A stretch of 63,612 nucleotides of DNA, the filler included. It is 9 parts of 9 records of this genome, joined end to end, with 100 filler letters (N's around TTAATTAATTAA, not from the genome) between each part and the next. Parts side by side here need not be neighbours in the genome. Positions count along the whole stretch, not along the records: positions 1 to 5,744 come from DRR723986_24124; positions 5,845 to 18,493 come from DRR723986_24156; 7 more parts are not named here. One strand, written 5' to 3'. The position numbers were made by a program, and so were the translations under genes. Positions 1 to 8,545 of this stretch are shown here, one piece after another (within the stretch, counting starts at the first letter, position 1; the number at the start of each line of letters is the position of its first letter). A model generated the notes under the pieces. It was given only the letters and a program-made list of their open reading frames with translations. It was not told the DNA's origin and ran no database searches.

Positions 1-494
1 TTGGTCGGGAGGTGGACGACTTTAGTTCAGGTGAAGCGGCATATGTTCGTTTTTGTATATTTTCGTCCGCCTATACCGAAAATGGGTCGCTGGTTCTGTT
101 AGATGAGCCAGAAGTTTTTTTACACCCTCAGTTTATCGATGCAATGATGGGAGCTCTGCAAAAAGTTCTGGAGCTAACAGGGTCCGTCGCCATCGTAGCC
201 ACTCACTCTGCCTACGTCGTTAGATGTGTTCAGGAGGATATGGTTCACATCATACGCGATAAAAATATTGACTCTTTCGGCAATAGGGTGGCGATACAGA
301 AAACCAGAATGAAAACGTTTGGCGCCGATGTTGGCCTCATCTCCCTATTTGTTTTCGGTGAAGATGAAATGGAGACAACAGTAAAAAGAGCTCTTGGATA
401 TATTTCAAAAAGCGCACATGATTTGTCATCTCTGAAGTCGCTTGTATCTGAAGATTTATTTTCCAAGATTATAAATAAAAATGAAAAAAATTGA
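1..494 (+). CDS. ABC/AAA_21-type ATPase, C-terminal part (5'-truncated); PtuA-like defence ATPase
   Basis: Signature FSSGE, Walker B LVLLDEPEVFLHP, H-switch IVATHS and a C-terminal TFG motif. The stop overlaps the HNH gene start by 14 nt. Confidence 0.8.
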   Translation, partial: GREVDDFSSGEAAYVRFCIFSSAYTENGSLVLLDEPEVFLHPQFIDAMMGALQKVLELTGSVAIVATHSAYVVRCVQEDMVHIIRDKNIDSFGNRVAIQKTRMKTFGADVGLISLFVFGEDEMETTVKRALGYISKSAHDLSSLKSLVSEDLFSKIINKNEKN

Positions 495-1311
495 AAGACC
501 GCACGATAGCGGATCCACAAGCTTCAGCTGCGCCTCCAAGGATAAGGGTCTCAGCAAGACCTACCCAAACCTGCTAAAGCTTGGGCTGCGAGCTTTGCGC
601 CTGGCAAGATATTACGATGATTCTCGGGGAGATCCAAATATAATTCGAGCAACTCACCTCACCGATCGCGAAAGGGAGGCCATTCTATACATTTATGACA
701 ACCCTCCTGTTTCTATGGGCTATATAGGCGACCTTAGACTGTCTTTGGCGGGCGAAACGTGCCCCATGTGTGGGGGGCAAAATCCAGGCGAACTTGACCA
801 CTATTTGACAAAGAAGAAATATCCTGAGTATGCTTGCCTTGCATACAATTTGGTTCCAGCTTGCTCATGTAACAGAAAGCGTGGGGAGAAATTGTTTGAC
901 CCCACTACTCGCGCAAGAGTGCTTCATCCTTACTATGACGAATGCTTGGACAGACCTTTAATTGAGGTAAGATTCGATCCGCGCGCCACCCCTCCGGCTT
1001 TCAACATCCATTACATGATAGATGAAGCGGACGCAGATTTTGACAACGTCAGGTTTCATGTGGATAACATCATACTTAAAACCAACTTCCTAACCTACGT
1101 TAGCAAAAGGTGGGGGAAATTGAAAGTTCAACCTAATTCCATTCTTCCAAAGCACGGGGACTACAGAGCCAATAAGGATCAATTTAACGAGTACTTGGCA
1201 GAGCTCGCTGAGGGTAAATCCGCAGATGAAGGTGTAAATGCTTGGCCAACGATTTTCCTGAGATCAATATCAAATAGAGTTGTATCAGACTGGATATTTG
1301 ACAACTGTTAG
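481..1311 (+). CDS. HNH endonuclease (PtuB-like)
   Basis: CPMCG...LDHYLTKKKYPEY...NLVPACSCN zinc-binding HNH motif, then LHPYYD. AT-richer than the flanking DNA. Confidence 0.8.
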   Translation: MKKIERPHDSGSTSFSCASKDKGLSKTYPNLLKLGLRALRLARYYDDSRGDPNIIRATHLTDREREAILYIYDNPPVSMGYIGDLRLSLAGETCPMCGGQNPGELDHYLTKKKYPEYACLAYNLVPACSCNRKRGEKLFDPTTRARVLHPYYDECLDRPLIEVRFDPRATPPAFNIHYMIDEADADFDNVRFHVDNIILKTNFLTYVSKRWGKLKVQPNSILPKHGDYRANKDQFNEYLAELAEGKSADEGVNAWPTIFLRSISNRVVSDWIFDNC

Positions 1312-1524
1312 GTCACCGAATGTAATTCGCGGTACTAAGGGATCTTAGCCCAGTGTGAACAGCGGGGCGCGGATGCAGCGCGACTGGACGATGACGTTCC
1401 AGGAAATTTGTTCGACGGCGGAGCAACGGTACCACATAGCTCCTGGCCCTCGTCTGGGCCGTCGCCGGAGCGCTCCATCAGGGGTGTCTCCCCATCTGGA
1501 ACACATGACACAAAGGAACCCGTC

Positions 1525-1941
1525 ATGCAGAAAACGATGCCGTCCGTTGCCGAACTCAAGGCGCGAAAGAAGTCCCGTAAACCGAGCGCAGTCGCGCTCA
1601 GCCCAGCCGTCATGAGCGCCATCACCCGGGTCGCACAGGTCAGCGGCAGGGATGCGTTGCGCAACGAGCAAGAGCAGCGCGCCGCGCGAGCCGCCATGGC
1701 CGAGACCCTCGAGGAGCTGTTCGCTACGAAGATGGAGACCGACCCGGAGTGGGTCGATGCCTTCTTCCGCGACATTGCCTGTGCGGCCTCTGCTGTGAAC
1801 CGCAAGAAGATCCTCAAGCACATCGACTGCCCGGAGGATGTCCGGGAAGAGGTCTCGGAGCACTTCGCAGCGCAGATGGAAGCCAAGAAGACCCAGGCCA
1901 AACCGGCTGAGGACGTGAACCGGGACGCGGTCAGCGCCTGA
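1525..1941 (+). CDS. hypothetical protein (mobile-element cargo)
   Basis: AAGGA RBS before ATG 1525, GC3-rich codon usage, charged helical 138-aa product; no recognisable family. Confidence 0.6.
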   Translation: MQKTMPSVAELKARKKSRKPSAVALSPAVMSAITRVAQVSGRDALRNEQEQRAARAAMAETLEELFATKMETDPEWVDAFFRDIACAASAVNRKKILKHIDCPEDVREEVSEHFAAQMEAKKTQAKPAEDVNRDAVSA

Positions 1942-2194
1942 TCTCGCCAGGCCCGACCCCGATCAAGTCCAAGGCTTCATGAACGGCCAGTTTCCAATGG
2001 CCGATCACCGCTCGTGTCGTGCCGTCTCAGGCCCGGCGCGAGCCATTGCCGCCAACCCTCCCGTGTTGGCGGCACCGAGCGCCGGGCCGCAGGGCGGCCT
2101 GTCGGACAAAGCCCCCGTGCGGTCATCATGCAGGAGGCGCTCAGCCCCGCGAAGGCTATTCAATCCGTTAACGAATTGCCTCTAAGGACGGGCC

Positions 2195-2473
2195 ATGGTT
2201 GCCCGTTCATACGAAGAAGCGCAGGCCGAGGTGGCCGTTGAGTATACGGAGCGGTACTTCGATGAACTCGAAGCCGCCCTGTGGAGCATGGCCCGCCTGA
2301 TCGCGCAGCCCGGTGGCGAGGTCCACCTTCCGACCTACCAGAAGATCAAGCAGCACTACGACGAGACCGCCGAGCGCATGGCGATCATCGCGGAGGCGCG
2401 CCACAGGGCGGCGCGGCCCCGGCCCAAGGGGGTCAGAAAGCGATCTTCAAGAGCATGTCGCGACGTTGCTTGA
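2195..2473 (+). CDS. hypothetical protein
   Basis: TAAGGA RBS and GC3-rich codons. Converges on and overlaps the integrase 3' end. Confidence 0.55.
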   Translation: MVARSYEEAQAEVAVEYTERYFDELEAALWSMARLIAQPGGEVHLPTYQKIKQHYDETAERMAIIAEARHRAARPRPKGVRKRSSRACRDVA

Positions 2474-3698
2474 GGGACAGACCCTGGCCATACCGCTCCC
2501 GATTGATGCCATGCCCCATCGCGTCCGCGATCACCCGCTCCGTCAGGTTCAGCTGGGTCAGCCTGTCGGAGAACGCGTGGCGCAGCCCGTAGCTGGTCAA
2601 GCCCTTCGGCAGGCCAGCGTTGCGGAGGTACTTGTTGACGAGGTTGCTCCACGACGTGACTTTCCCGAAGTACTTCGGGAAGCCCTCGGGATGCGGCTGC
2701 ATGGCTTCCAGCGACACGCCCACCAGCGGGATATCGCGGATGCTCTGCGCCGTCTTCACCTCGCGGGCCTCCTCGCGGATGCTGATGTGGGGCACGTCGT
2801 TGTCGAGGTTGATGTGCCGCGGCAGCAGGTTGATGATCTCCGACGGCCGGGCCCCGGTGTTGAGCATCACCAGGAGGATGTCACGGGCCTGATCGTTCAG
2901 CTTCTCCATCTTGCCGCTGTCGAGGATGATCGAGCGGATGAACGCCTCGGGGATGGGTTCGCGGGTCGCGTTCGCGGCCTCCTTGCCAGCCTTCATGCTG
3001 ACCTTCGAGAAGGGGTAGACGTTGGTCATCTGGTTCGCATCCATTACCTTGTTCAGCATCGCGCCGACGTAGTTGAAGTCCTTGTTCGCGGTGTCCGCCT
3101 TGACCTCCCCTGTGAGGACCCACTTCTCGGCCTCCTTGCGCCAGGACAGGGCGTGTTTGCGCGTGACATCCTCGATCGGAAGATCGCCCACCACCTCGAT
3201 GAAGCGGTTCAGCGCGCGTTCACGCGCAGCACGCCAGACGCGGTACTGCTCGGAGGTCTTGTGGCGATTGTCGTACTTGCTGAGCTCCTCAAAGGTCGTG
3301 AACAGCGCAGACAAAGTGAGCCGTGGCGGCTCGACCCCGCCGAGCAGCGCGGCAGTCAGCGCATCGCCGGGCTTGGCGTCCACGGGGAGGCGATTGATCC
3401 GAGCCACCAGGTCGGTGATCGGCTCCTCCGCCAGCTGGCGCGAGGTCTTGTACTCCACCCCGATCTTCTCGGCGAGGCTCAGGACGCGATCCGTCCGCGC
3501 CTCGTGGGGCTCGTTCAGGGCATCGGCCCACTGGGCCTCGCACTCGGCGCGCCTGATCGGGGCAAGCACGCGGGCCTCGGCAATGGAGTCCGTTCCCAGG
3601 GAAATCACGACGTGCGGTCGCGGTTCGACGGACCGGAACTTCACCGGCGTGCGGAACTTGATGTAGTAGCGGGACCCGCGTTGGAAGATGCCTGCCAT
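2433..3698 (-). CDS. tyrosine recombinase/integrase with N-terminal DUF6538-like arm-binding domain
   Basis: TGARPSEI (R), VKT (K), YGLRHAF (H-x-x-R variant), MGH and RYG catalytic Tyr. N-terminus QRGSRYYIKFRTP...SLGTDS. Start reassigned to ATG 3698. Confidence 0.9.
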   Translation of the reverse strand: MAGIFQRGSRYYIKFRTPVKFRSVEPRPHVVISLGTDSIAEARVLAPIRRAECEAQWADALNEPHEARTDRVLSLAEKIGVEYKTSRQLAEEPITDLVARINRLPVDAKPGDALTAALLGGVEPPRLTLSALFTTFEELSKYDNRHKTSEQYRVWRAARERALNRFIEVVGDLPIEDVTRKHALSWRKEAEKWVLTGEVKADTANKDFNYVGAMLNKVMDANQMTNVYPFSKVSMKAGKEAANATREPIPEAFIRSIILDSGKMEKLNDQARDILLVMLNTGARPSEIINLLPRHINLDNDVPHISIREEAREVKTAQSIRDIPLVGVSLEAMQPHPEGFPKYFGKVTSWSNLVNKYLRNAGLPKGLTSYGLRHAFSDRLTQLNLTERVIADAMGHGINRERYGQGLSLKQRRDMLLKIAF

Positions 3699-3709
3699 GT
3701 GCCCTCGAC

Positions 3710-3742
3710 TGTGCCACAAACTGTACCACTTTTTGTGCCACA
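3710..3742. repeat. three direct 9-mers at 12-bp period (TGTGCCACA/TGTACCACT/TGTGCCACA); probable integrase arm-type binding sites
   Basis: Seen directly between the integrase start and the att core; function inferred. Confidence 0.6.
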
Positions 3743-3799
3743 TTGGATTGGATGAAAACCCGCAAATCATTGATAAAGTTAATGTTTTGCGACAGTGGT

Positions 3800-3819
3800 G
3801 AATCCCTTCGTCTCCGCCA
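3800..3819 (+). mobile_element. att core: duplicated tRNA 3' end (tRNA-Ser-like, GAATCCCTTCGTCTCCGCCA)
   Basis: T-loop 3' half GAATCCC plus acceptor end with discriminator G and CCA, 100 bp from the integrase. The upstream part of the tRNA is absent. Confidence 0.7.
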
Positions 3820-4123
3820 TAAAACATTGAAATAACTCGAAGATTTGGCGATTGTGGCCGAGTACCCGTCAAAGCGCCCGCCATCAAATACATGCTTAAA
3901 GGTTGCCGTTGCCGGGGCATTGCGATGAGATGTTTGGCTGAGCCACTGCCACGGCTACCTTGGGTGTAGTTGGATCGAGACACGGTTCAGATGCCGAGAT
4001 TCGAACCTACGCCCTCCCGATAAAAGCTGAAAAGCGCAGCGAGGCGTCTATAAGTCCATGCCGTCCAGAACGGCGCAAAAGCCCTTTGCGCGCAAACTCG
4101 TGCAACGCCTCCAGTGACGGTAC

Positions 4124-4423
4124 CTACTCGTTCTGCAACCTATCACACAGGTCGCTGGCTTCTCTGACCAACGCATTCGACAGCGCACGGAGAGAAACGG
4201 CATCCTGGCATCGCTCGCCATGAATGAAGTTCGGATGCTCGCACCCGGGCTTGGCCCCGCCTCTCGCGCCATGCATCCGACAGACGGACCAGCCGCGGAC
4301 GGCCGGGTTTCGGCACGGCTCTCCGCTTCGCTTGGACCGGGCCGTACAACGCGGTGCACAGCGCATGGGGTAAGCGTCAGTATTCAGCAGAGCCCCTCCC
4401 TCCTTGGCTGATGGCGCCGACAA
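4124..4423 (-). CDS. HGGxSTG-domain-like Cys/His protein (phage/mobile element)
   Basis: RCTARSKRSGEPCRNPAVRGWSVCRMHGARGG...NFIHG pattern; the true start may be internal. Confidence 0.65.
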   Translation of the reverse strand: MSAPSAKEGGALLNTDAYPMRCAPRCTARSKRSGEPCRNPAVRGWSVCRMHGARGGAKPGCEHPNFIHGERCQDAVSLRALSNALVREASDLCDRLQNE

Positions 4424-4570
4424 TTGCCTGGCCGCCGCTCTCGACCGTCACGCGTTCCACGCGAACCACCTGTTGGCCATTCGATCGGTACCGCTTCCAG
4501 GTTTCCATCTGCGCGGCATAGGTGCGCGCGCGTTTGTTCATCGCCCGTTCGGCGGTGTCCTGCTGCGAAA
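4377..4570 (-). pseudogene. 3' remnant of a conserved phage-associated hypothetical gene
   Basis: RTYAAQMETWKRYRSNGQQVVRVERVTVESGGQAIVG C-terminal motif; no plausible 5' part (IS3 lies just upstream). Confidence 0.5.
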
Positions 4571-4714
4571 CAGTACCACCACGTGCGAGGCGCCGAACGC
4601 GTGAAACAAGGCGGGCGAAGGTTAACGCTCCCGCAAGCGCGCAACCCACACTCGCAAGGGCGACCGGCTATACTGCTGCTACGTCAGTCAGACAGTGCTG
4701 AAGCATGGCGCCGG

Positions 4715-5744
4715 TGACCAACTCCCCTTCGAGTCCGCGTCTATAGGTTGGCTCTGTTCAGGGTTTGGTCCTCTGCCGACCGTTGGCGATACTCCCACTG
4801 TGTTGGCCCGTCGGGGCTCGTGTGGGGGCGGTGGTGATTGTAATCAGCGCGCCATGCCGCGATCAGCTCCCTGGCCTGGCGCAGGTTGGCGAACAGGTGC
4901 TCGTTGAGGCACTCGTCCCGAAGGCGGCCGTTGAAGCTCTCGACAAAGCCGTTCTGCATCGGTTTCCCCGGCGCAATGTCGCGCCATTCGACCCGGCGAT
5001 CCCCCTGCCATTTGAGGATGGCGTTCGAGGTCAGCTCGGTCCCGTTGTCGCTGACCACCTTGCAGGGATGTCCCCTGACCTCGGCGATCCGATCCAGTTC
5101 TCGGGCGACGCGGTGACCGGAGAGCGAGGTGTCGACGACCGTCGCCAGGCATTCCCGGCTGAAGTCGTCGATCACGCACAGGATCCGGAAGCGGCGGCCA
5201 TCGCTCAGGCTGTCCGAGACGAAGTCCAGCGACCGGCGCTGGTTCGGCCCTTGGGGGATCGCCATCGGCGCCTTGGTCCCCAGCGCCCGCTTGCGACCGC
5301 CCCGTTTTCGGACTGTCAAGCCTTCTTCCCCGTAGATCCGGTAGAGCGCTCCGCCCTACAGACGATCCCCCGGATCGTTTGCTTTGCGGGCTTCGATCCA
5401 GTTCAGCATCCAGCCCTCCCGACGAAGCAGGATGTGCAAACGCCGATAGCCGAACCGCCGCCTCTCAGCGGAAAGGTCCCGCGGCCGCTCGCGCAACGCT
5501 CGGTCCTCCGGCCTGATCGGCTGCCGCCGACACACGCGCGGGTCGATCCCGGCCAGCGCACAGGCTCGCCGCTGCGATTAGCTCTTCTCCTTCATGGCCC
5601 CTCCTTTCGGCAGATCTGGCTTTGCCAAATCGCCTGCCGGGCAGTGGTCCACGGCACGCCGCCTCGAACCGAACCTCAGAAGTTTTTTCCCCGCATCTCC
5701 TTCAGCGTCGCGACATCGAGCATCTGTTCGGCCAGCATCTTCTT
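4715..5744 (-). mobile_element. IS3-family insertion sequence (IS407-like), inactivated, left end cut by the gap
   Basis: DDE integrase core ([25 protein letters not shown]), orfA/orfB slippery GGGGAAAAAAC near 5682-5692 and terminal TGACC at 4715. In-frame TAA and TAG in orfB. Confidence 0.9.
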
Positions 5745-5844
5745 NNNNNNNNNNNNNNNNNNNNNNNNNNNNNNNNNNNNNNNNNNNNTTAATTAATTAA
5801 NNNNNNNNNNNNNNNNNNNNNNNNNNNNNNNNNNNNNNNNNNNN
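5745..5844. other. artificial contig spacer (N44-TTAATTAATTAA-N44)
   Basis: The same spacer recurs at 18494, 29264, 36648, 41777, 46981, 52342 and 58141; it gives stops in all six frames. Confidence 0.98.
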
Positions 5845-5845
5845 T

Positions 5846-6013
5846 ATTTTCCTGATCCTGACAGGCTTGTTCCTTGCCCTTGTCGCCGCGCTCTCTTTCG
5901 TGGAGTGTCAGAAACCTGCCCCTGCCGGTGGTGGCGGAGGTCATGGATTCGGGTATGCCGGCTATCTAGCCGGCCTTCTTGTTGAGCTAGGGGTATCTAG
6001 GCAGTCGAAGTGA
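5846..6013 (+). CDS. 3' end of a membrane protein (5'-truncated)
   Basis: Open frame IFLILTGLFLALVAALSFVECQKPAPAGGGGGHG...SK* running from the contig edge. Confidence 0.4.
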   Translation: MFLILTGLFLALVAALSFVECQKPAPAGGGGGHGFGYAGYLAGLLVELGVSRQSK

Positions 6014-6252
6014 TTTCATCTTCGAACGCCGGCAAGAAGGGAGGGGTGGATTATTGCAACTTTCATTGCACGCATAAGTATTGTCAATAAATACCATCAA
6101 CCCAGGGCGTTACATTTTTGTTATTTCATGCTAACGTAGCTGCCTGTTTGAAAAACAGATTGATGCGCTTTTGATTTGCAGGCGCTGCAAGTAAATTTTC
6201 GCTTTTCAAAATTCAGATGACCGTTCTCTCGAGTTTTCAATGGGAGGAAATA

Positions 6253-7701
6253 ATGGCAGGCATAAGAAAAGACATTGCCAAGCTCGGCGGGCCATGGTCC
6301 GACACGATGCTTTGGTATGCGCGAGCCGTTGGTGAACTGCGGACGCGCCAGTTGCGTGATCGGACAAGCTGGCTCTACCTGGCAGCGATCCACGGCATCA
6401 ACCCGCAGGGCTGGATTGACCAGAACATCATTTCACCGACTACGCCGGCACCAAACGCCGACGAGCAACGATTGATGTTCAATCAGTGTCAGCATGCGGG
6501 TTGGTTTTTCCTGCCCTGGCACAGGGGCTATCTGCATGCGTTCGAGGCAATCCTGGCAGACTGGATTGCCAGTCAGGGCGGTCCGACGACATGGGCATTG
6601 CCCTACTGGAATTATCTCAACGGGGCTGATCCGGCGTCGCGAGACTATCCGCAGGAATTCCTGGACAGCACCATTCCGGGTGACAACACGCCAAACCCGT
6701 TGGCCAACGCGTTTCGTGGCCCTGCCGTGAAACTTGGTCCGCAGGCCTGGATCAATGTCGACATTTCGCTCGACGCGCAAACCACGCAGACCGTTTATAC
6801 ATCAATCCCCGGTACGCTTGGATATGGCGGGCCTATCAGCGGCTTCGACCAGCAGGGCAATGCCTATGGGGCGGTTGAAAGTGACCCGCACAATTTCGTG
6901 CATGTCATGGTTGGCGGCAACGTACCGCCCAGTCCGACCGGCTGGATGTACGATCCGGATTTTGCCGGTCTCGATCCGATCTTCTGGGTTCACCATTGCA
7001 ACATCGACCGCTTGTGGGCGGCCTGGATGACCGGGGGAGGCAACTCCCAGGAAACCAGCCGGCCCTGGCTCAACGGGCCGTTCCCGCGCCAGTTCGCGAT
7101 GCCAGACGCACAGCAAAATATTTCCATTTTCACGCCGGAAGACACGCTGCCGGGCGCGGCTCTTGCGCCGGTCTATGATAATCTGATCGATGGAACGGGC
7201 ATTACGCCCACCGTGGGGATTGCAATGGCCACCACACCGACAGGCCGGGGCACTTCGACACTCGTCGGGGCAAACGACGAGGTGCTGCAGGTTACCGCAA
7301 GTCCGGTAACGGCACGCGTGAAGCTGGCTGCGGCGCCAGCTGCAGCCCTTGCTGCTGCAGCCCCTGCGGCAACGGAGCGACTTTATCTCAACGTTGAAGG
7401 TGTCCGGGGAAACTCTCCAAGCGGTGTTCTGTCCGTGAGGGTTGTTGCGCCAGGCATACCGGATGCGGAAATCAACGAAACTCTGGTGTTCTTCGGCCTT
7501 GGCAAGGCCAGTTCAACCGACGGCTCGCACGCAGGCAACGGCCTGTCATCAACCGTGGAAATCACCGACAAGGTTGCGGCCATGCAGGCGCGTGCTGGTG
7601 CTGCAATCCAGGAGCTCGAAGTTAGCCTCGTTCAGCCAGAGGGGGCCTCGTCGGAAATTACCGTCGACCGGATCAGCATCTACCGTCTCAGGGTTAGATG
7701 A
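6253..7701 (+). CDS. tyrosinase / polyphenol oxidase (type-3 copper) with C-terminal extension domain
   Basis: CuA: AAIHG, CQH, FLPWHRGYL. CuB: PHNFVH, DPIFWVHHCNIDRLW. LPYWNY. GGAGG RBS before ATG 6253. No signal peptide. Confidence 0.93.
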   Translation: MAGIRKDIAKLGGPWSDTMLWYARAVGELRTRQLRDRTSWLYLAAIHGINPQGWIDQNIISPTTPAPNADEQRLMFNQCQHAGWFFLPWHRGYLHAFEAILADWIASQGGPTTWALPYWNYLNGADPASRDYPQEFLDSTIPGDNTPNPLANAFRGPAVKLGPQAWINVDISLDAQTTQTVYTSIPGTLGYGGPISGFDQQGNAYGAVESDPHNFVHVMVGGNVPPSPTGWMYDPDFAGLDPIFWVHHCNIDRLWAAWMTGGGNSQETSRPWLNGPFPRQFAMPDAQQNISIFTPEDTLPGAALAPVYDNLIDGTGITPTVGIAMATTPTGRGTSTLVGANDEVLQVTASPVTARVKLAAAPAAALAAAAPAATERLYLNVEGVRGNSPSGVLSVRVVAPGIPDAEINETLVFFGLGKASSTDGSHAGNGLSSTVEITDKVAAMQARAGAAIQELEVSLVQPEGASSEITVDRISIYRLRVR

Positions 7702-7702
7702 C

Positions 7703-8527
7703 ATGTCCCGGCTGGCAGCCTTTGCCGTGCAGACCAGTCGGGGCGCAATGCCCTGGCTGGTTGCCTTGAGCGCGGGCAGCTACCTCCTGCTCGGTTTCGC
7801 ACAACCAGCTTCGAACGTCGCGGCTCTTTGCGGGCGTCTGAATGTTGCGCAATCCGTTTTCCTGCCCGCACCGAACCTTCAATTCTCGCAGATCTTGCAA
7901 GCGGTAGCCGCGGACTGGATCCTGATGGTCGTGGCCATGATGGCGCCGCTGGTTGCCGCCAATCTGTCTTATGTCGGCCGAGTGGTGCATGCGTCCCAAA
8001 AGGTGGCTGCAAGTATTGCCTTTCTGCTCGGTTATCTTTGCGTCTGGATCTTGTCGGGCCTGTTGCTTGTGCCACTGGCGTTTGTCCTGGCGCTTGCCGG
8101 CGCCTGGATCGACTTGTCGTTGGCATTCGGTGTCGCTGTCGTTTGGAGCATGTCCCCGCTCGCCCAATGGGCCAGAAACAGGTGCCACGGTACCAGCCGG
8201 ATGGCAGCTTTCGGACAGGAGGCACAGGCTGATGGTTGCTGGTTCGGTCTTCGAACCGGGGCGGCTTGTGTGTTTGCTTGCTGGCCCTGGATGCTTGTGC
8301 CTTTGCAGGTGGAGACCGGCCACATTGCCGTGATGGTGCTGACAGGTCTCTATCTTTTCGCCGACCGGATTGCACCGCCTGCCGCGCCAGTCTGGCGCCT
8401 GCCTCCGGCACTGGAAACTGTTCTGGGGGTGTCGCTCCTGCCAGGGGGACGCGGGCCAAACAGGCACAGTCTGCCCCACACCAAGTCGCTTGCTGCAACA
8501 AGCCAACCTGTCCGGAAACGCCATTGA
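7703..8527 (+). CDS. DUF2182-type predicted metal-binding integral membrane protein
   Basis: Multiple TM helices, WILMVVAMMAP, RNRCH and ACVFACWPWM motifs. ATG 1 nt after the tyrosinase stop. Confidence 0.8.
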   Translation: MSRLAAFAVQTSRGAMPWLVALSAGSYLLLGFAQPASNVAALCGRLNVAQSVFLPAPNLQFSQILQAVAADWILMVVAMMAPLVAANLSYVGRVVHASQKVAASIAFLLGYLCVWILSGLLLVPLAFVLALAGAWIDLSLAFGVAVVWSMSPLAQWARNRCHGTSRMAAFGQEAQADGCWFGLRTGAACVFACWPWMLVPLQVETGHIAVMVLTGLYLFADRIAPPAAPVWRLPPALETVLGVSLLPGGRGPNRHSLPHTKSLAATSQPVRKRH

Positions 8528-8545
8528 CGGTCAGAGGAGGAAATC

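Noticed and set aside
1312-1524. Possible retron msr/msd after the HNH gene
   Set aside because: No RT in the window, no long a1/a2 inverted repeat found, and in ATPase-HNH retrons the ncRNA normally lies upstream.
2313-3755. 480-aa plus-strand ORF, and similar long antisense ORFs at 4765, 12054, 30534, 34572 and 58759
   Set aside because: Shadow frames of high-GC genes on the opposite strand; no motifs or RBS.
3990-4020. GGTTCGAATC T-loop-like motif on the minus strand near the att site
   Set aside because: The flanks do not form a T-stem or acceptor end, so no tRNA or second att can be supported.
6170-6195. TTGCAG-GCG-CTGCAA dyad upstream of the tyrosinase
   Set aside because: Only 6-bp arms; plausible operator but not distinguishable from chance without orthologue comparison.
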